NCBI RefSeq assembly: GCF_044704955.1
Contig: NW_027254113.1
Span: forward strand, 1 to 64,000
Reading direction: 5' to 3'
DNA from: Pristiophorus japonicus
Taxonomy: Eukaryota
DNA: 64,000 nt
The translations under genes and the position numbers were made by a program. The notes under the pieces are model-generated. The model saw nothing but the letters and a program-made list of their open reading frames with translations, had not been told where the DNA came from and did not search any database. Of this stretch, positions 13,101 to 25,870 are shown piece by piece (positions within the stretch are counted from its first letter, which is position 1; each line of letters opens with the position of its first letter).

Positions 13101-14045
13101 CTTTTTTTCTAGGCGCCCGACCCTGGCCGCCCGCCTCTAGGTCGACCCCCTTGCGTACTCTTGACAGAAGACGCGTATATGAGCCTTGCCCACGTCCCAC
13201 CACAGCCTCAAGGAGGGGAAGCCCCCCTGCTTCCTCCTACAGTCGGCCCAGAAACGACGGAACGAGTCCTGGAACCGCACGTCCTCCAGCAGCTGGTTGT
13301 TAAAATGCCAGTACGTGGACCCCGTCCTCGCACGGAGCGAAGCGAGCTCCGCCCACACCAAGTGTTGGTCCGAACACAGCACCGGTCGCATGGAGGCCGC
13401 CGGGACGCAGGAAACGTACGCCCGAGACACGTAAAGGCGGTCGACTCTGGACCATCCCACTCCAGGCCTCACCCAAGTAAAGGTGCTGGAGTCGGGATGG
13501 AGATTTCGCCAGACGTCCACCAAGTCGAAGGACCCGACCAGGTCCCACAACTTCTCCATCGCCGTCATGCTCTGCGGGGCACCGGAGTGGTCCCTCGCCG
13601 AGAGGGTGCAGTTAAAATCCCCCCCGAGGACAATGCAGTCACCGACGTCGACGGAGCCAAGAAGAGCGGACACCTCTTCGAAGAAGCGCGTCTGCTGCGG
13701 TCCGGGCTGAGGGGCGTACACGTTCACGAGATAGAGCGGCACGTCCCCCAGGCGAACCGTGACGTGCAGCAAGCGGCCTGACACGGGCTCCTCGACCACC
13801 AAGATCTCCGGCTGAAAATGCGGGGCCAACAAGATGGCCACCCGACAAGAAGTGGTAGTGAGGTGGCTCATGCGGACCTCTCCTTGCCATTCCAGGAGCC
13901 ACGTGGCTTCGTCTCCTGGAACGGTGTGTGTTTCTTGCAGGAAGCACACCGCATATTTCCCCTCACGCAGGAGCGAAAAATTGTTAAATCAACGGTGTGC
14001 CCCTCTGCTGCCATTGATGTTGAGGCTGGCTATGGTTATCTTCAT
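10168..14045 (-). pseudogene. Tx1-like ORF2 (endonuclease, reverse transcriptase, zinc finger), disrupted
   Basis: Starts MKITIASLNING; contains FLQETH, GGDFNC, SRVDR, KAPGLDG, LDQDKAFDRV, RQGCPMS, AYADDV and CNFC...HVFMEC; at least 3 premature stops and 1 frameshift. Confidence 0.92.
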
Positions 14046-14113
14046 GACAAAAGCATAATGCAACCTCTACCTAACCTATTGTGGGGGGGGTGAGTGGAGT
14101 CCTTTGTTGACCT

Positions 14114-16185
14114 TTACTCCTTCAGCAGCCCAGCGAGGAACTTTTTGAGCCGGCGCAGCTCAAGGCCTTGCGCCTTTGATAAGGGCACGCACGCGGCCAT
14201 GGTTTTAGTGGCGATGCGGACGGAAGCGATGAGCAATCCCGGCTCGGACCATCTTTCCCGGGCCAGATGGGCTTGGTCGCGGCGACCCTGGCTCTGGGCC
14301 AAAAAGTCCCGGAGTTCCTCTACGGGAATGAGGGGGGACTCAGCGGCGGGCACGAGGAGATCCACCGCCTCACTGGCGATGGACTCGAGATCTACACCCG
14401 CGTCCTCCACCGAGTCCCCGTCCCCCTCCGGGTGGTCACCGCTAGCAGCCGGCCCGTGGACCGCACGAGGTACGGCAAACGGCCCGGCCGCTCCATCCGG
14501 CCCTGGCTCTGCTCCGATCCCACCCCCAGGATCGTCGACAGAGGAGTCTCCACTGGGCTCTGTTAAAAGTGGTGCTGGGTCAGGAAGTGACAGCGGAAGG
14601 GGATCCTCCCCCTCCCCAGGAACCGGGGAACACGGAGAGACCTGGCCAAAGTAATGTTCCAGGTCCTCCAAGTACCCCAGCTTCAAAGTCGGGGGCGAGG
14701 GTTGTTGTTCTTCCCCCTCCCCGCCGCCACCCCCCGGCCCAGCGTGTACAGATTCATAAAAATTGTTGATACTGTGTATTTCCGCCGAGTCGAGCAAGTC
14801 CCGGGGGAAGTTGGATATTGGCTGGGCGGGCTCAGGTTCGGCATTTTCGGCCCCGCCCACCTCAGTCCCCGGGACGCTCGACCCGGCGGCAATGAAATCC
14901 ACCGCTGGCCCCACGCCCCCCACGACAGGCAGATCTTCCACGCCATCCCCGGGAGGCAGAGGCTGGGCAGCCTCGACTCTCTCACCCTCCCCGGGGACAG
15001 ATTCCTCCTGCCTACGGCGCAGTTTGGAGGCGCTCGTGGGGGACGCGGGACACGCGGCAGGCACCGACTCCTCCACGGAGGGATGTTGTTCCCCCTCCGC
15101 CTCATTGGAGCGGCGCCTCCTTTTGTTCCTGGGTGAGCGCGGAGGCAGGGAGACCTCCATGTCTGCCGAGGCCTCCCGCTCCACCACCCTCCTTTTTCTT
15201 TTCTTGCCCGCGCCCGAGCCCCTCTGTGATACTGGTGAAGGGCTTGGGCATGGGCTCAGGGCACCCCGCGCTCGCCGATGTCAGGGTTGGGCTGAGCGCG
15301 GTGTTCAAGCTGTCTGGCGCACTGAGGGGACCCGCCTCGAGATGTTTTGCCTTCCTCCGCACCTTCTTTCCGATCGGACGCTCTTCCTCTCCCCCCGCTG
15401 GAGGCATTGAAAACAAAGGCCCCCGACGATGACCGCGCACCCACAGCTCCCGGCACGCGGACGCTACTAGGGGGAGTGGTGGCGGCGGCGCCAGCCTTGG
15501 CCGCCTTCGGTGGTTTGGCGGCTTTGGAGGCGGAACAGTTCTTGCGAACGTGCCCCACCTCGCTGCAGGCATGGCACCGCACGCCGTCCGACGTCCAAAA
15601 GACGCGGTAGGCTGTCCCCTCATGCACCACATTAAAATTGCCCTCCGTCGTCTCCTCCCGCGCCAGCCGGACAAAGAGCTGGCGGCGGAAGGAGAAAACG
15701 TGGCGCAGGCTGCTCTCCCTGAGGCCGAGCGGTATGGGGTTGGTCCCCGACCTTACCTCCCCCAGTTGGTGTAGGTGAGGGAGGAGGAGCTGAGCGAGAA
15801 CAAAGGGCGGGACTTTTGATATGATGACCCTCTGCGCGGTGGCCTCGAGAGGGTCCACCGGCAGGAACGTCCCGCCCACCGTGAGCCCCTTTTCGAGGGC
15901 CAGGGACACCGCCCGCTCTGACCCCATGAAGAACACGGCCTTCCCAGACATCTTGGAGGCTGTGACAATGGCCGAGGGGCCGACTACCCCAGCCATCGCC
16001 CGCACGCACTCTTCAATGCTCATTGTGGGGTGAGTGTAGCTCTTGACCCCGTGTTTTTTTGTTATCAGAATGAATGGTGGCAGGGCAGCAGGAGGCGCAG
16101 GAGGCGCAGGAGGCACCGTGGATGTGGACGCCGCCTGCGCATATGTCCTAGCTGGCCCTGCCACCAGCGTGGATGGGGTCGCCAT
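14114..16185 (-). pseudogene. Tx1-like ORF1 (gag-like, zinc knuckle), frameshifted
   Basis: MATP...TYAQAA, RRM-like SKVPPFV region, CHACSEVGHVRKNC knuckle, then a Pro/acid-rich C-terminus split across three frames. Confidence 0.88.
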
Positions 16186-17127
16186 CACGGGGTCCCTTTA
16201 AGGGCTACACCCACCCCAAAGTCACAGGCCTTAATAGTCTTTAATTGGCCTCGTTGGTGTTTTGAGCAGAGGGAGCTCTAAAAGAGTCACACCTCTCCCC
16301 TAGTTCCCGAATGGGGAGGGGCCTTGCTCTCTCTGCTCAGTTGTCTTAATTGTTTTATAATTAGGAGCAAAGGGCTCTCACAGAGAGAGGGGAGAGACAG
16401 AGAGAGAGAGAGAAAGAGCGAGGGGGGTATGAAAGAGGGTAGCTGCGAGGGCAGGTCTCCCCTCACAGTGATGGGTGGGTGTTTCTTGGGGTACACTCCC
16501 CAGATGGCAAAAAACACAGTCTTTGTAGAATGGTCTTCGGGTGGGGGGAGAAGATGTCATCACCTGGGTTAGCTGGAGCCACCCAGGCACACACTCCCAA
16601 CGATGTTTAATAGGGTAATTAGTACTACTTCAGCCAGGTAGCTCCAGCTATCCCAGGCTAGGCAATGAGGGAGGTGTGATTCAGTGGTGTGTGGGGCCTA
16701 GCTGTAAGCAAGACCCCCACACACACTTCCACACACACACACCCGCCGCGATGTTCCGGCCCTCGAAATGTTTTCTTTCCTCCCCCCACCGATACAATAA
16801 AGTCTTTCGGGGAATGCACCAAAACACACCCACCTGTCGAAGATTGTCGAAATGGCTCTCCCTCCTTCCACACTGGATGGTGTTTTCTCAGGATGTTCTT
16901 TTCCCCCTCTCTCCAACTCTCTGTAGTAGCAATAAATGATACATTTTCTGCTCTCCTCCTCTCCCTCTGGACCTTGAATTGTAGTAAGCCAGCCCTCTCC
17001 TTCTCTTCCTGGGCTGGTCTCAGGGTTCACTCTCGGCCTTCCAGACAGGAGCTTCAGCAGGGAATTCCTTCTCTCACAGCAGCAATGCTCCAACTGATTA
17101 GGCCACGCCTCCAAAGCTCCACCATTG

Positions 17128-17795
17128 GTCCACAGATTCCCTGAAAGTAACAGGCCAGGTGGATAAGGTGATTAATAAGGCATAATTAAAGCTTGCATTT
17201 ATTAGCCGCGGCATAAAATACAAGAGCAGGGGGGGCTTATGCTTCAACTGTATAAAACACTGGTTTGGCCACAGCTGAAGTATTGCGTGCAGTTCTGGTC
17301 ACCGCATTGCAGGAAGGAGATGATTGAACTGGAGATTTACGAGCATGTTGCCGGTAGTGGGGAATATTAGCCACGAGGACAGATTGGATAGCCTGGATTT
17401 GTTTTTCTTGGAACAGAGGGGAAACTTCATTGAGGTGTATAAAGTTATGACGGGCCGAGATATAGTGGATAGAAAGGGTCTATTGCCATTAGCAGAGGGA
17501 TCAACAACTAGGATACATCAATTTAAAATAATTATTAAAAGTTTTAAAGGGGATTTGAGGGGAATTTCTTCATGCAGTGTTGTGGTGGTCTGGAACTCAC
17601 TGCCTGAAAGGATGGTGGAGGCAGAACCCCTCACCACATTTAAAAAGTACTTGGATATGCAACATATGTGCCATAACCTGCAGGATTACAGACCTAGAGC
17701 TGGAACGTGTGATTAAGCTGGATAGCCTCTTGTTGGTCGAGGGCCTTAAATGGCCTCCTTCCGTGCTGTAAACTTCTATGACTCTATTAGTCTAT
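17128..17795 (+). mobile_element. CR1 fragment, 3' part of the host of the Tx1 insertion
   Basis: Resumes GTCCACAGATTCCCTGAAAG; has VWNSLPERMVEA and a TTCTATGA tail. Confidence 0.88.
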
Positions 17796-18194
17796 ATGAT
17801 CGAATTTCTGAACTGATTTAATGATTGCATGATTGACGTGTGATTTTAGCCATGCATTTAATGAAGGGATATTCTGCGTCAGTAAATGGTTGACAATCAG
17901 TGAACGATAAACAGTTTAAGTCACGAAGCTGCACCTAAAACTCCATGGCCTGTTCTCAGTGTCCTGCTCCTCATTCATTGCTTCAGTCCGCCCTCGCTCC
18001 TTCACATTCGCTGTTCCCGCTTCCCTTCCTCAAACACTATTCAAATCTTAACAGATCAATCTCTGCCGACAGGTAACTGAATAATTCCCATTGCGAGGTG
18101 AAGTATCTAAGACTGAAATATGATCAAAATAAATAAACATCAAGGAGGAGTGATACATAATGTTACTGATTTCTTTTCTGTCTCTTTCTTGCAG

Positions 18195-19104
18195 CTAACT
18201 TGGTGACAATTGTGATCCTGTCCCGAGGAAAGTGCGGTCTTTCCAGATGTATCACTTGGTACCTGCTGTCCATGGCAGTGGCAGATCTCCTGGTCATTAT
18301 CACCGCTGTGATATTAAACCGGATCAGTGGAATTTATCTTCAATTTAGTCTGCTGTCCACCACTCCAGGCTGTACTATAACATCTATCCTAATTTATGTC
18401 GCCACGGATAGTTCCGTCTGGTTAACGGTCGCTTTCACCTTCGATCGATTTGTGGCCATATGATGCCAGAAATTGAAACAAAATATTGCACTGAGAAAAA
18501 TGCGGCTCTGATTATAGTCATGGTCGGTTCCCTGAGCTGTTTAAAAAACATTCCTTCTTATCTCACATATGGACCTATGTTCATAACTGACAATGTCCCG
18601 TGGTTATGTAACATCAAAGTAATATTTTATACTTCTCCTCTATGGATATTATATGACTGGCTTGACAGAATTTTAACGCCATGACTCCCCTTTCTCCTGA
18701 TATTGCTGCTCAATGCTCTGACCGTCAGACATATTCTAGCGACCAGCAGAGCCCGCAGGAGGCTCCGGGCCCATAGCAGTGGAGAGAATCAAAGCGACCC
18801 AGAGATGGAGAGACGGAGAAAGTCCATCGTTTTACTCTTTACCATCTCAGGCAGTTTCATCCTATTATGGACAGTGTACGTTATAAATTTCTTGTATGTC
18901 CGAATTACAAAGAATAATTATTTCTCAGGTTCCAATTTCAAAGACCCAAAATGTATTCTCCAAGAAACCGGAAATAGTCTTCAGCTTTTGAGTTCCTGCA
19001 CAAACACGTGTATTTATGCAGTGATCCAGAGTAAATTCAGAGAGGAGTTAATGGATGCGCTGAAATATCCAATGAATCTCTTTATAAAATTAATCAAATT
19101 ATAA
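18195..19104 (+). pseudogene. Exon 2 of GPR139/GPR142-like class A GPCR pseudogene
   Basis: Polypyrimidine-AG acceptor at 18193-18194; NLVTIVILSRGKCGLS, MAVADLL, AFTFDRFVAI, LLNALTVRHI and CTNTCIY motifs. TGA at 18461 and 18682 plus a 1-bp deletion near 18478. Confidence 0.9.
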
Positions 19105-19213
19105 AAATGTATTTTCGTGTTAATTCTGCATAATATCACACCCAGTGGGCCATCCTGTCCTGTCAGTTCTGAACCAGCTTTGTCCAGCTCCATCAGCCCA
19201 AATAACATGGCCC

Positions 19214-19302
19214 ATCTCGACATCCAAGTCTGAGAAATCGAATATCTCGACATCCACATGCGCGATATCGTATATCTTGACATCCATGTGTGAGAAATCG
19301 TA
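19214..19302. repeat. 30-bp tandem repeat x3
   Basis: ATCTCGACATCCA.GT.TGAGAAATCG.AT units. Confidence 0.8.
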
Positions 19303-19455
19303 CAACTGATTTGCGTGTAATTAAGATTATATTTTAATCAGAGGGCCTTATTTCAGTACTGCCGGCGGTTTGTTTCCTCAGAGTAGTATTATCATACGAA
19401 TGCTAGCAAATACTTTTCCATTCTATTGAGCTCTCATGAATCACCATCGGCTCAC

Positions 19456-19562
19456 TGCATTACAACAGTGACTACACTTTCAAAAAGTATTTCACTGGCT
19501 GTAAAGCGCATTGAGACGTTCACGCGTTGTGAAAGGTGCTATATAAATCCAGTACTTTCTTT
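19456..19562 (+). mobile_element. SINE 3' tail (SacSINE1/DeuSINE family)
   Basis: TTACAACAGTGACTACACTT...GGCTGTAAAGCGC...GAAAGGTGCTATATAAAT; same tail as the SINE at 32690-33110. Confidence 0.7.
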
Positions 19563-19699
19563 ATTTCCTTGTTAGAGTCAGGATTATGCGACTATGTGAC
19601 AACCAGTTGTTATCCTGTAGAGACCGCTCTGAATAACCTTGATTCATAACTCTCAGGAATATTGCGAGTGGTGGATCATGGCAGCAGTCTCTGTGATCC

Positions 19700-21045
19700 T
19701 GCGAAAAATAGAGACAAAATTAACAGTCACTTGGACAAGTATGGATTAATTAAAGGAAGCCAGTATGCAGTTGTTAAAGGTAAATGGTGTTTAAATAACT
19801 TGATTGAGTATTTTTACATTGGTAACAGAGAGGGTAGATGAGGACAATGCGGTTGATGTGGTATACATGGACTTACAAAAGGCATTTGTCGAAGTGCCAG
19901 CTAGTACGTTTGCCTGCAAAGTAGAAGCCCATAGAGTAAAAGGGAAAGTGACAGCATGGGTACCAAATATGCTGAATTACAGGAAAGAGGGATTAGTGAT
20001 GAATGGTATGTGTTTCTGGCTGGAAGCTGTTTTTCAGGTATCAGTGTTACCCAGGGGTCTTTATCAGGAACGTTGCTTTTCTTGATATATATTGACGAAT
20101 TGGACTTGGGTGTACATGTCTCAATTGCAAAATTTACAGACGACACAAAACTTAGAAGTATGCTGAACATTGACGCGGACAGTGATAGACTTCAAAAGGG
20201 GACCGCAGGCTGGCGGAATTAGCGGACCCGTGGCAGATGAAATCCAATGCAGAAAAGTGTGAAGTGTAACATTTTGGTAGGAAGAACGAGGAGAAGCAGT
20301 ATAAATTAAAGGGTACAATCCTAAAGGGCGTGCATGAACAGAGAGACCTGGGATACACGTTCACAAATCGTTGAGAGTGGCAGGTTGAGAAAGCAGTTAA
20401 AATAACAATCGCCATCCTGGGCTTCATAAATAGAGGCATAGCGTACCAAAGCATGGAAGTTAAGATAATCCTCTATAAAACGCTCGTTCGTGCTCAACTG
20501 GAGTGTTGTATCCAATGCTGTGCATCACACTTTAGGAAGGATGTGAAGGCCTTCGAGAGAGTGCAGAAAAATTAGAAGAATGGTTCCAGGGATGAGGGAT
20601 TTCATCTACGTGCATAGACTGGAGAAGCTGGAATTGTTCTCTGGAGCAGTGAACCTTGAGAGGACATTTGATAGAGGTATTCAAAATCATGAGGGTTCTG
20701 GACAGAAAAGACAGGGTGAAACTCTTCTCATTGGCGGAAGGTTCGAGAACAAGAGGACACAGATTTAAGTGGACTGGCAAAAGAACCAAAGGCGACTTGA
20801 GGAATAACTTTTATATGCAGCGAGTGGTTATGATCTGGAAAGCACTGCCTGAAAGGATGGTGGTGGCAAGTTCAATGGTGGTTTTCAAAAGGATGTTGGA
20901 TAGCTACCTAAAGCGGAAAAATGCAGGGCTATGGGGAAAAGGTGGGGAGTGGGAATAGCTGAGGTGCTCTTGCAGAGTGCGGACAGGGGCTCCACAGGCC
21001 GAAATGTATCCATTTATGCTGTAACCCAATCTATGATTCTATGAT
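19700..21045 (+). mobile_element. CR1 LINE RT/3' fragment
   Basis: VDVVYMDLQKAF, KFTDDTKL and IWKALPERMV motifs; TTCTATGA tail. Confidence 0.88.
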
Positions 21046-21719
21046 CCTGCACCAGCCACAATATAATGATATGATGGTACGATATGGGCGCACTTACAAC
21101 GTCACCAACAACACCTTAAAATTGAAATTCTATTTCCCATTGCAAGCTGCTATACTCAGTAAAGTGAGCAACTGTTTGGCAGGGAGGTATAACAGAAAGT
21201 AAAGAAGCATTGCATGCAATTCCTTTCCTGGTAAAAGGCACCAAATTCTTTAATTGGGTAACAGCATTTGAATAGGATTGACGAATCGCCACGATGTAGT
21301 TACTCTCCTCCCTCTCATGTGAATTTGGCGCATCACTCAGAATGCCACTCAGTAACAATAAAGGAGGAGTTACACACATTTTGGAGGAGCATTGCTCTGG
21401 GTAGTATTTCTGAATGGTAATTCAAGCCTCCCTCCCAACTGCACCTCACTTGTTCAAATTAAGAAAATATTCGGGGATGCAATTTAACCATTCAACGTTA
21501 TGAATATTGCAAAAGAAGAAATTGGAATCAGTAAATAGAGTGAACGAGAGAAAGTGTGAGAGAGGAGAGAAAGATTGAAATGGAGAAAGAACAAGAAGCG
21601 TAAGAGAACAAAATAAGGTAATAGTAAAAGAAAGCAAAAATGACAGAAACCAAGAAATGTTTAACTTGGTGATTGTCCTTCTATACCCGCTGTTTCTCTT
21701 AGATGTTTGTATCTATTCT

Positions 21720-21872
21720 CGAGATATGGGCGTAGATGGCAAGGCCGGAATTTATTGTGCATTACTGGCTGCCCTTGAAAAAGTGTTGGTGGGCTTTCTC
21801 CTTGCACCGCTGCAGTCCATGTGGTGAATGTGATGTCACGTAGGAAGTTCCAGTATTTCAACCCATGGACAA
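21720..21872 (-). mobile_element. HE1 SINE / HER1 LINE-like 3' end
   Basis: GGCAAGGCC..ATTTATTG...GCCCTTGA...CCGCTGCAGTCCATGTGGTG motif, recognised from recall of elasmobranch repeats. Confidence 0.5.
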
Positions 21873-22179
21873 TAAAGTAACAACGATAAATGAAAATTCC
21901 GGATGGTGCTTGACATATAGAATCACACAATAATACAGCATTGAAGGAGGTCGTCTGACCAATCTTGTCTGTGCTCGCTCTGTGAAAGAACCTTCTCCAA
22001 ACTACTCCTTCCATTAACCCCGCTGTGTTTTGGTCGACACGAATACGCTTCTTCTTATAATTTGCTGTAAAGAGACTTGCAGCATGATTCAAGGGGAATT
22101 GGAGCATTGCTGCGGGACAACGGTCCCGTACGTAGAATGATACAACACCTAAGGACGCCGTTACGATCCTTTGTGCCTC

Positions 22180-22570
22180 CTCTTTGCAAGAGCTGTTCAA
22201 TTAGTCCCACACCTTTGCATTCCGCCATAGAACTGTTCGTTTATTCGTTCAAGTGTTTACACAATTCAATTTTGAACGTTGCTACTGACTCTGCTTCCTC
22301 CACCCTTTCAGGCTCTGCATTGCGGATCAAAGCAACTCGCCTGGTAAAATAATGTTTCCTCGTGTCATCTGTGGTTCCTTTCCCAATTACTTTAAATCTT
22401 TGTGCTTTGGTTACCGACCCTTCTGCTAGTGGAAACAGTTTCCCTAATTTAATCTCTCAAAACTCTTCATAATTTTGAACAACTCTATTAAATCTCTTCT
22501 TAACCTTCTCTGTTTTAATGAGATCAATGCCAGCTTCTCCAGTCCCTGCACAGAATCCCCTCATCCCTGT
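22180..22570 (-). mobile_element. Degenerate CR1 3' fragment
   Basis: Reverse complement similar to the CR1 3' region at 20650-20950. Confidence 0.65.
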
Positions 22571-22641
22571 TATGAAAAAAAATTCAACATGTTGTTTTAA
22601 AAGTTCCCTCAATTACAGATATTGCTTTATCGAATCGCTCG

Positions 22642-22694
22642 ATGACAGATATCTTCTTGGTTTGGTCTGTGGTTTCCCTGGAATTTTTTACATA
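22642..22694 (+). pseudogene. Candidate leader exon of the V pseudo-segment
   Basis: ATG reads MTDIFLVWSVVSLEFFT (hydrophobic, signal-peptide-like) about 260 bp upstream of the V acceptor; donor site not clean. Confidence 0.35.
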
Positions 22695-22952
22695 GTCGAT
22701 CAGTTTGAAGCACCGTGATTCTCAGTCAACAGAAATAGACGGCGCTGTATTCATTTTCTGCTACAAAAATTGACAAAGGAAAAATTAATATTCATTTAAA
22801 TGACGAGCATCGAATTTTCCTCTTGCAAAATCGGCACCAATTTCCCTGGTGTTATAGCGGTATAAGGTAAACTGCGTTGCCGGGATCAGGTGCAGGCGTA
22901 CTAGTAACGATCTGGATCTTCGGAACTGGTGTTGTAAGTACATTTATTTCAG

Positions 22953-23272
22953 CTTTATCTCCTTCATATACCGTAATCTCATATTGAGGCTGCATTACCG
23001 AACTCCATTGGATTTTACCTGTAAACCTTATTTAAATCATCATTTAATGTCCTTCTTAATTAGCATAATTTAAACCAGCGCAGGGAACACTTACCACAAC
23101 CTACCTGCTACCGAGATTATTCTGGTGAAATACATCGGCTATTATGAAGGTAATATATTTTGCCAGAGACGTTTCTCTGCAGATCTCTAAATTGTGACAA
23201 AGTTTACCAGTTTAACCATCTCTGGGCTGCAGATGACCGAACCTGCAATTTTTTTTAACGTGCCCTGGGGCT
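22953..23272 (+). pseudogene. T-cell receptor alpha/delta-type V gene segment pseudogene
   Basis: TTTATTTCAG acceptor, then 320 bp to the heptamer. FR3 reads QRRFSADL*IVTKFTSLTISGLQMTEPAI, then (frameshifted) RALG, matching ...LTISGLQLTDSAVYYCAL. A DFTCK remnant marks the first Cys. Confidence 0.75.
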
Positions 23273-23311
23273 CACAGTGATGGAACTCAGTTCAACCCTC
23301 GTACAGAACCT
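23273..23311 (+). other. Recombination signal sequence (23-RSS)
   Basis: Perfect heptamer CACAGTG (23273-23279), exactly 23-bp spacer, nonamer ACAGAACCT (consensus ACAAAAACC), directly after the V FR3. Confidence 0.75.
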
Positions 23312-23990
23312 CCCGCCACTTTGTAGATCTTGGCTCCGACTGCTGAAGTCGTATATAACGGCGGGCAGATCCTGCCACATTGGTTCCTGTGAGCCGACAC
23401 ATACTGAGATGGACCCAAAGGACAGTCTCCTGTATGAAGGGCTCACAATAAACTGATTTCTTGATACTCGGGGAAATGTCCTGCAGAGCCAATCAATTGG
23501 GCAGGTTGAGTATCTTAGCGACATACACGAAGCAGATGCCAACTGGTTGCAGCTAAAGTTAATTGTGAGAACAGCATGACAACATTCGCTGGCATCACCT
23601 CGGATCTAGAATCAGAATATTAAGCCTGTGCTGGCACTTTGAAAGAGCTATTGTATTAGTCCCAATCTTTTCTGAAAGCCCTGCAATTTTCTCCCTTTAG
23701 ATATTTAACTAATTCCCTTTTGAAAGTTAATATTAAGTCTTTCCCCCCACTCTTTCACGTAGTATATTCCTGATCATAACTGCATCAATAAATTCGGCCC
23801 TTTTCACCTCAGGCTCCTTTTCCAATTTGCTTAAATCAGAAATCAAACATCAGGAAATATATGTGTCCCTGGTACTAACTTCAACTGAGTTGCGTACCTG
23901 GATTCCGTGGATGACGCCATAATTCCTCGCATACATCATAGCACAGTGATTGGCTGTTTCTTCGAAGGTTACTGCCGTATCCGTAGGATT

Positions 23991-24272
23991 TGTTCACTGA
24001 TTTCACGTTGATAGTATCAGAAGGAATGGCGCAGAGCAGGAAGACAGGATCTCCAGGGTGATGTTCAGTGAGTTCAGCGAATGGTATCAAAGGGAATGAA
24101 GCAGAGCAGGGAGGCAGGATCCCTAGGAAGATGTTCAGTGAGTTCAGGGAGATGGTATCAGAAGGAATGGAGCAGAGCAGTGAGAACAAATCCGTGGTTG
24201 ATGTTCAGTGAGTTAAGCGAGATGGTATCAGAGGGAATAGTGCAGAGCAGACAGAAAGGCAGTCCGGGGAAG
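23991..24272. repeat. About 70-bp tandem repeat x4
   Basis: TGTTCAGTGAGTTCAG..GATGGTATCAGA.GGAATG..GCAGAGCAG units at 23991, 24062, 24132 and 24202. Confidence 0.85.
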
Positions 24273-24294
24273 AAGTGACAGCGGGTCGTGTTTA

Positions 24295-25110
24295 ATTTGA
24301 GATCATGCACTTTGGCAGAAAAAAATCAAAGAGCCAGTTATTATTTAAATGGAAAAAGATTGCAAAGTGCCACAGTTCAGCGGGACCTGGGGGTACTTGT
24401 GCATGAAACACAAAAGGATGATATGCAGGTACAGCGAGTGATCAGGAAGGCCATTGGTATCTTGGCCATTATTGTGAAGGGGATGGAGTATAAAAGCAGG
24501 GAAGTCTTGCTACAGTTATACAGGATATTGGGGAGGCCACAGCTGGAACTGTGTGCGGTTTTGGTTTACATATTTATGAAAGGATATACTTGCTTTGGAG
24601 GCAGTTCAGAGAAGGTTCACTCGGATGATTCCGGAGATGAGGGGGTTGACTTATGAGGAAAGGTTGAGTAGTTTGGGCCTCGACTCATTGGAATTCAGAT
24701 CAATGAGATGTGATCTTATCGAAATGTATCAGATTATGAGGGGGCTTGACAAGGTGGATGCAGAGAGGATGTTTGCACTGATGGGGGAGATTAGAATTAG
24801 AGGGCATGATCTTAAAATATGGGGCCGCCCAATTAAAAAAGAGATGAGGAGAAATTTCCTCTCTAAGAGGGTTGTAAATCTGTGGACTTCGCTGCCTCAG
24901 AGAGCCGTGGAAGCTGGGACATTGAATAACCATATGATAGAAATAGACAGTTTTTTAAACGATAAGGGGCTATGGGGAGCATGCAGGGAAGTGGAGCTCA
25001 GGACATTATCATATCAGCCATGATATTATTGAATGGCGGAGCAGGCTCGAGATGCAGTATGGCCTACTCCTGTTCCAATTTCTTATATTCTTATGTTTTT
25101 ATGTATGTTC
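24295..25110 (+). mobile_element. CR1 3' fragment
   Basis: QRDLGVLVHE and YEERLSSLGLDSLEFR motifs; 3' tail. Confidence 0.9.
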
Positions 25111-25539
25111 CTCATAAAGGAGAACGGCTGGCAGTGATTACCGTACTCATTTCTGTCTGTGTGGACAATATGCATTCAGGTCACCTTTAAAGAGTTGAAT
25201 CGAAAACAAAACTTACATTCTACGAATGCCCTCCCAGAGAGGAGGATGTCAATCGTATATTTGGGCAGAACAAAACGACAATGATTTTACATCAGAAATT
25301 GATATTGCCCGTGCATCACACATTCTGTATGTAGGTGCCCAACGGGCACAAAGCTCCAAATGTACCTGCAGATGCAGCGTGAACCCTCATCTCCTCTCTG
25401 TCAAAAATAGTCTCTCCACCTGTCGTCTCTTTCTTGGCTTTCTGTATGTATATAACAGAAACATTGGAGCGCCTGTCTGTGTGTCAGTTAGGCCCCAGTC
25501 TTTGGGAATCATTCCAAGAGTTTGTGCTCCCTAGTGTGT

Positions 25540-25870
25540 CTGGAAGTGTTTGATGGGACAGTATCGAGTGAGCTTTAATCTGTATTTAACCCGTGCTGCT
25601 CCTGCCCTGGGTGTGTTTGATGGGACGGTGTAGAGGGAGATTTATTCTATATTAAACCCGTGCTGTACCTGCCCTGGGAGGGTATGGAGTGCAAGTGTAG
25701 ATGGAGCTGTTCTCTGTATCTAACCCGTACTGCACCTGCCCTGGGAGTTCTGATGGGACAGTGCAGAGGGAGCTTTACTCTGTATCTAACCCGTGTTGTA
25801 CCTGCCCTGAGAGTGTTTGTTCGGACAGTAGAGGGAGATTTGCTCTGACGCATACTATACTGTATCGGAC
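25540..25870 (+). repeat. About 65-bp shark tandem/satellite repeat
   Basis: GTGTTTGATGGGACAGTGTAGAGGGAGCTTTACTCTGTATCTAACCCGTGCTGTACCTGCCCTGGGA units, about 5 copies. Confidence 0.85.

Larger units (their letters stand above)
9953..17127 (-). mobile_element. Full-length Tx1/L1-clade non-LTR retrotransposon (about 7.2 kb)
   Basis: ORF1 with CCHC knuckle; ORF2 with APE, RT and C-terminal CCHC; about 0.9-kb 5'UTR; A-rich 3' end; flanked by direct repeat GTCCACAGA (9944-9952 and 17128-17136). Confidence 0.93.

Noticed and set aside
10173-16281. Many overlapping plus-strand and alternative-frame ORFs
   Set aside because: By-products of the GC-rich Tx1 coding sequence, with no independent motifs
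23249-23279. D segment with an upstream 12-RSS using the same heptamer
   Set aside because: The T-run is not at 12-bp spacing and is better explained as decayed YYC codons of the V segment
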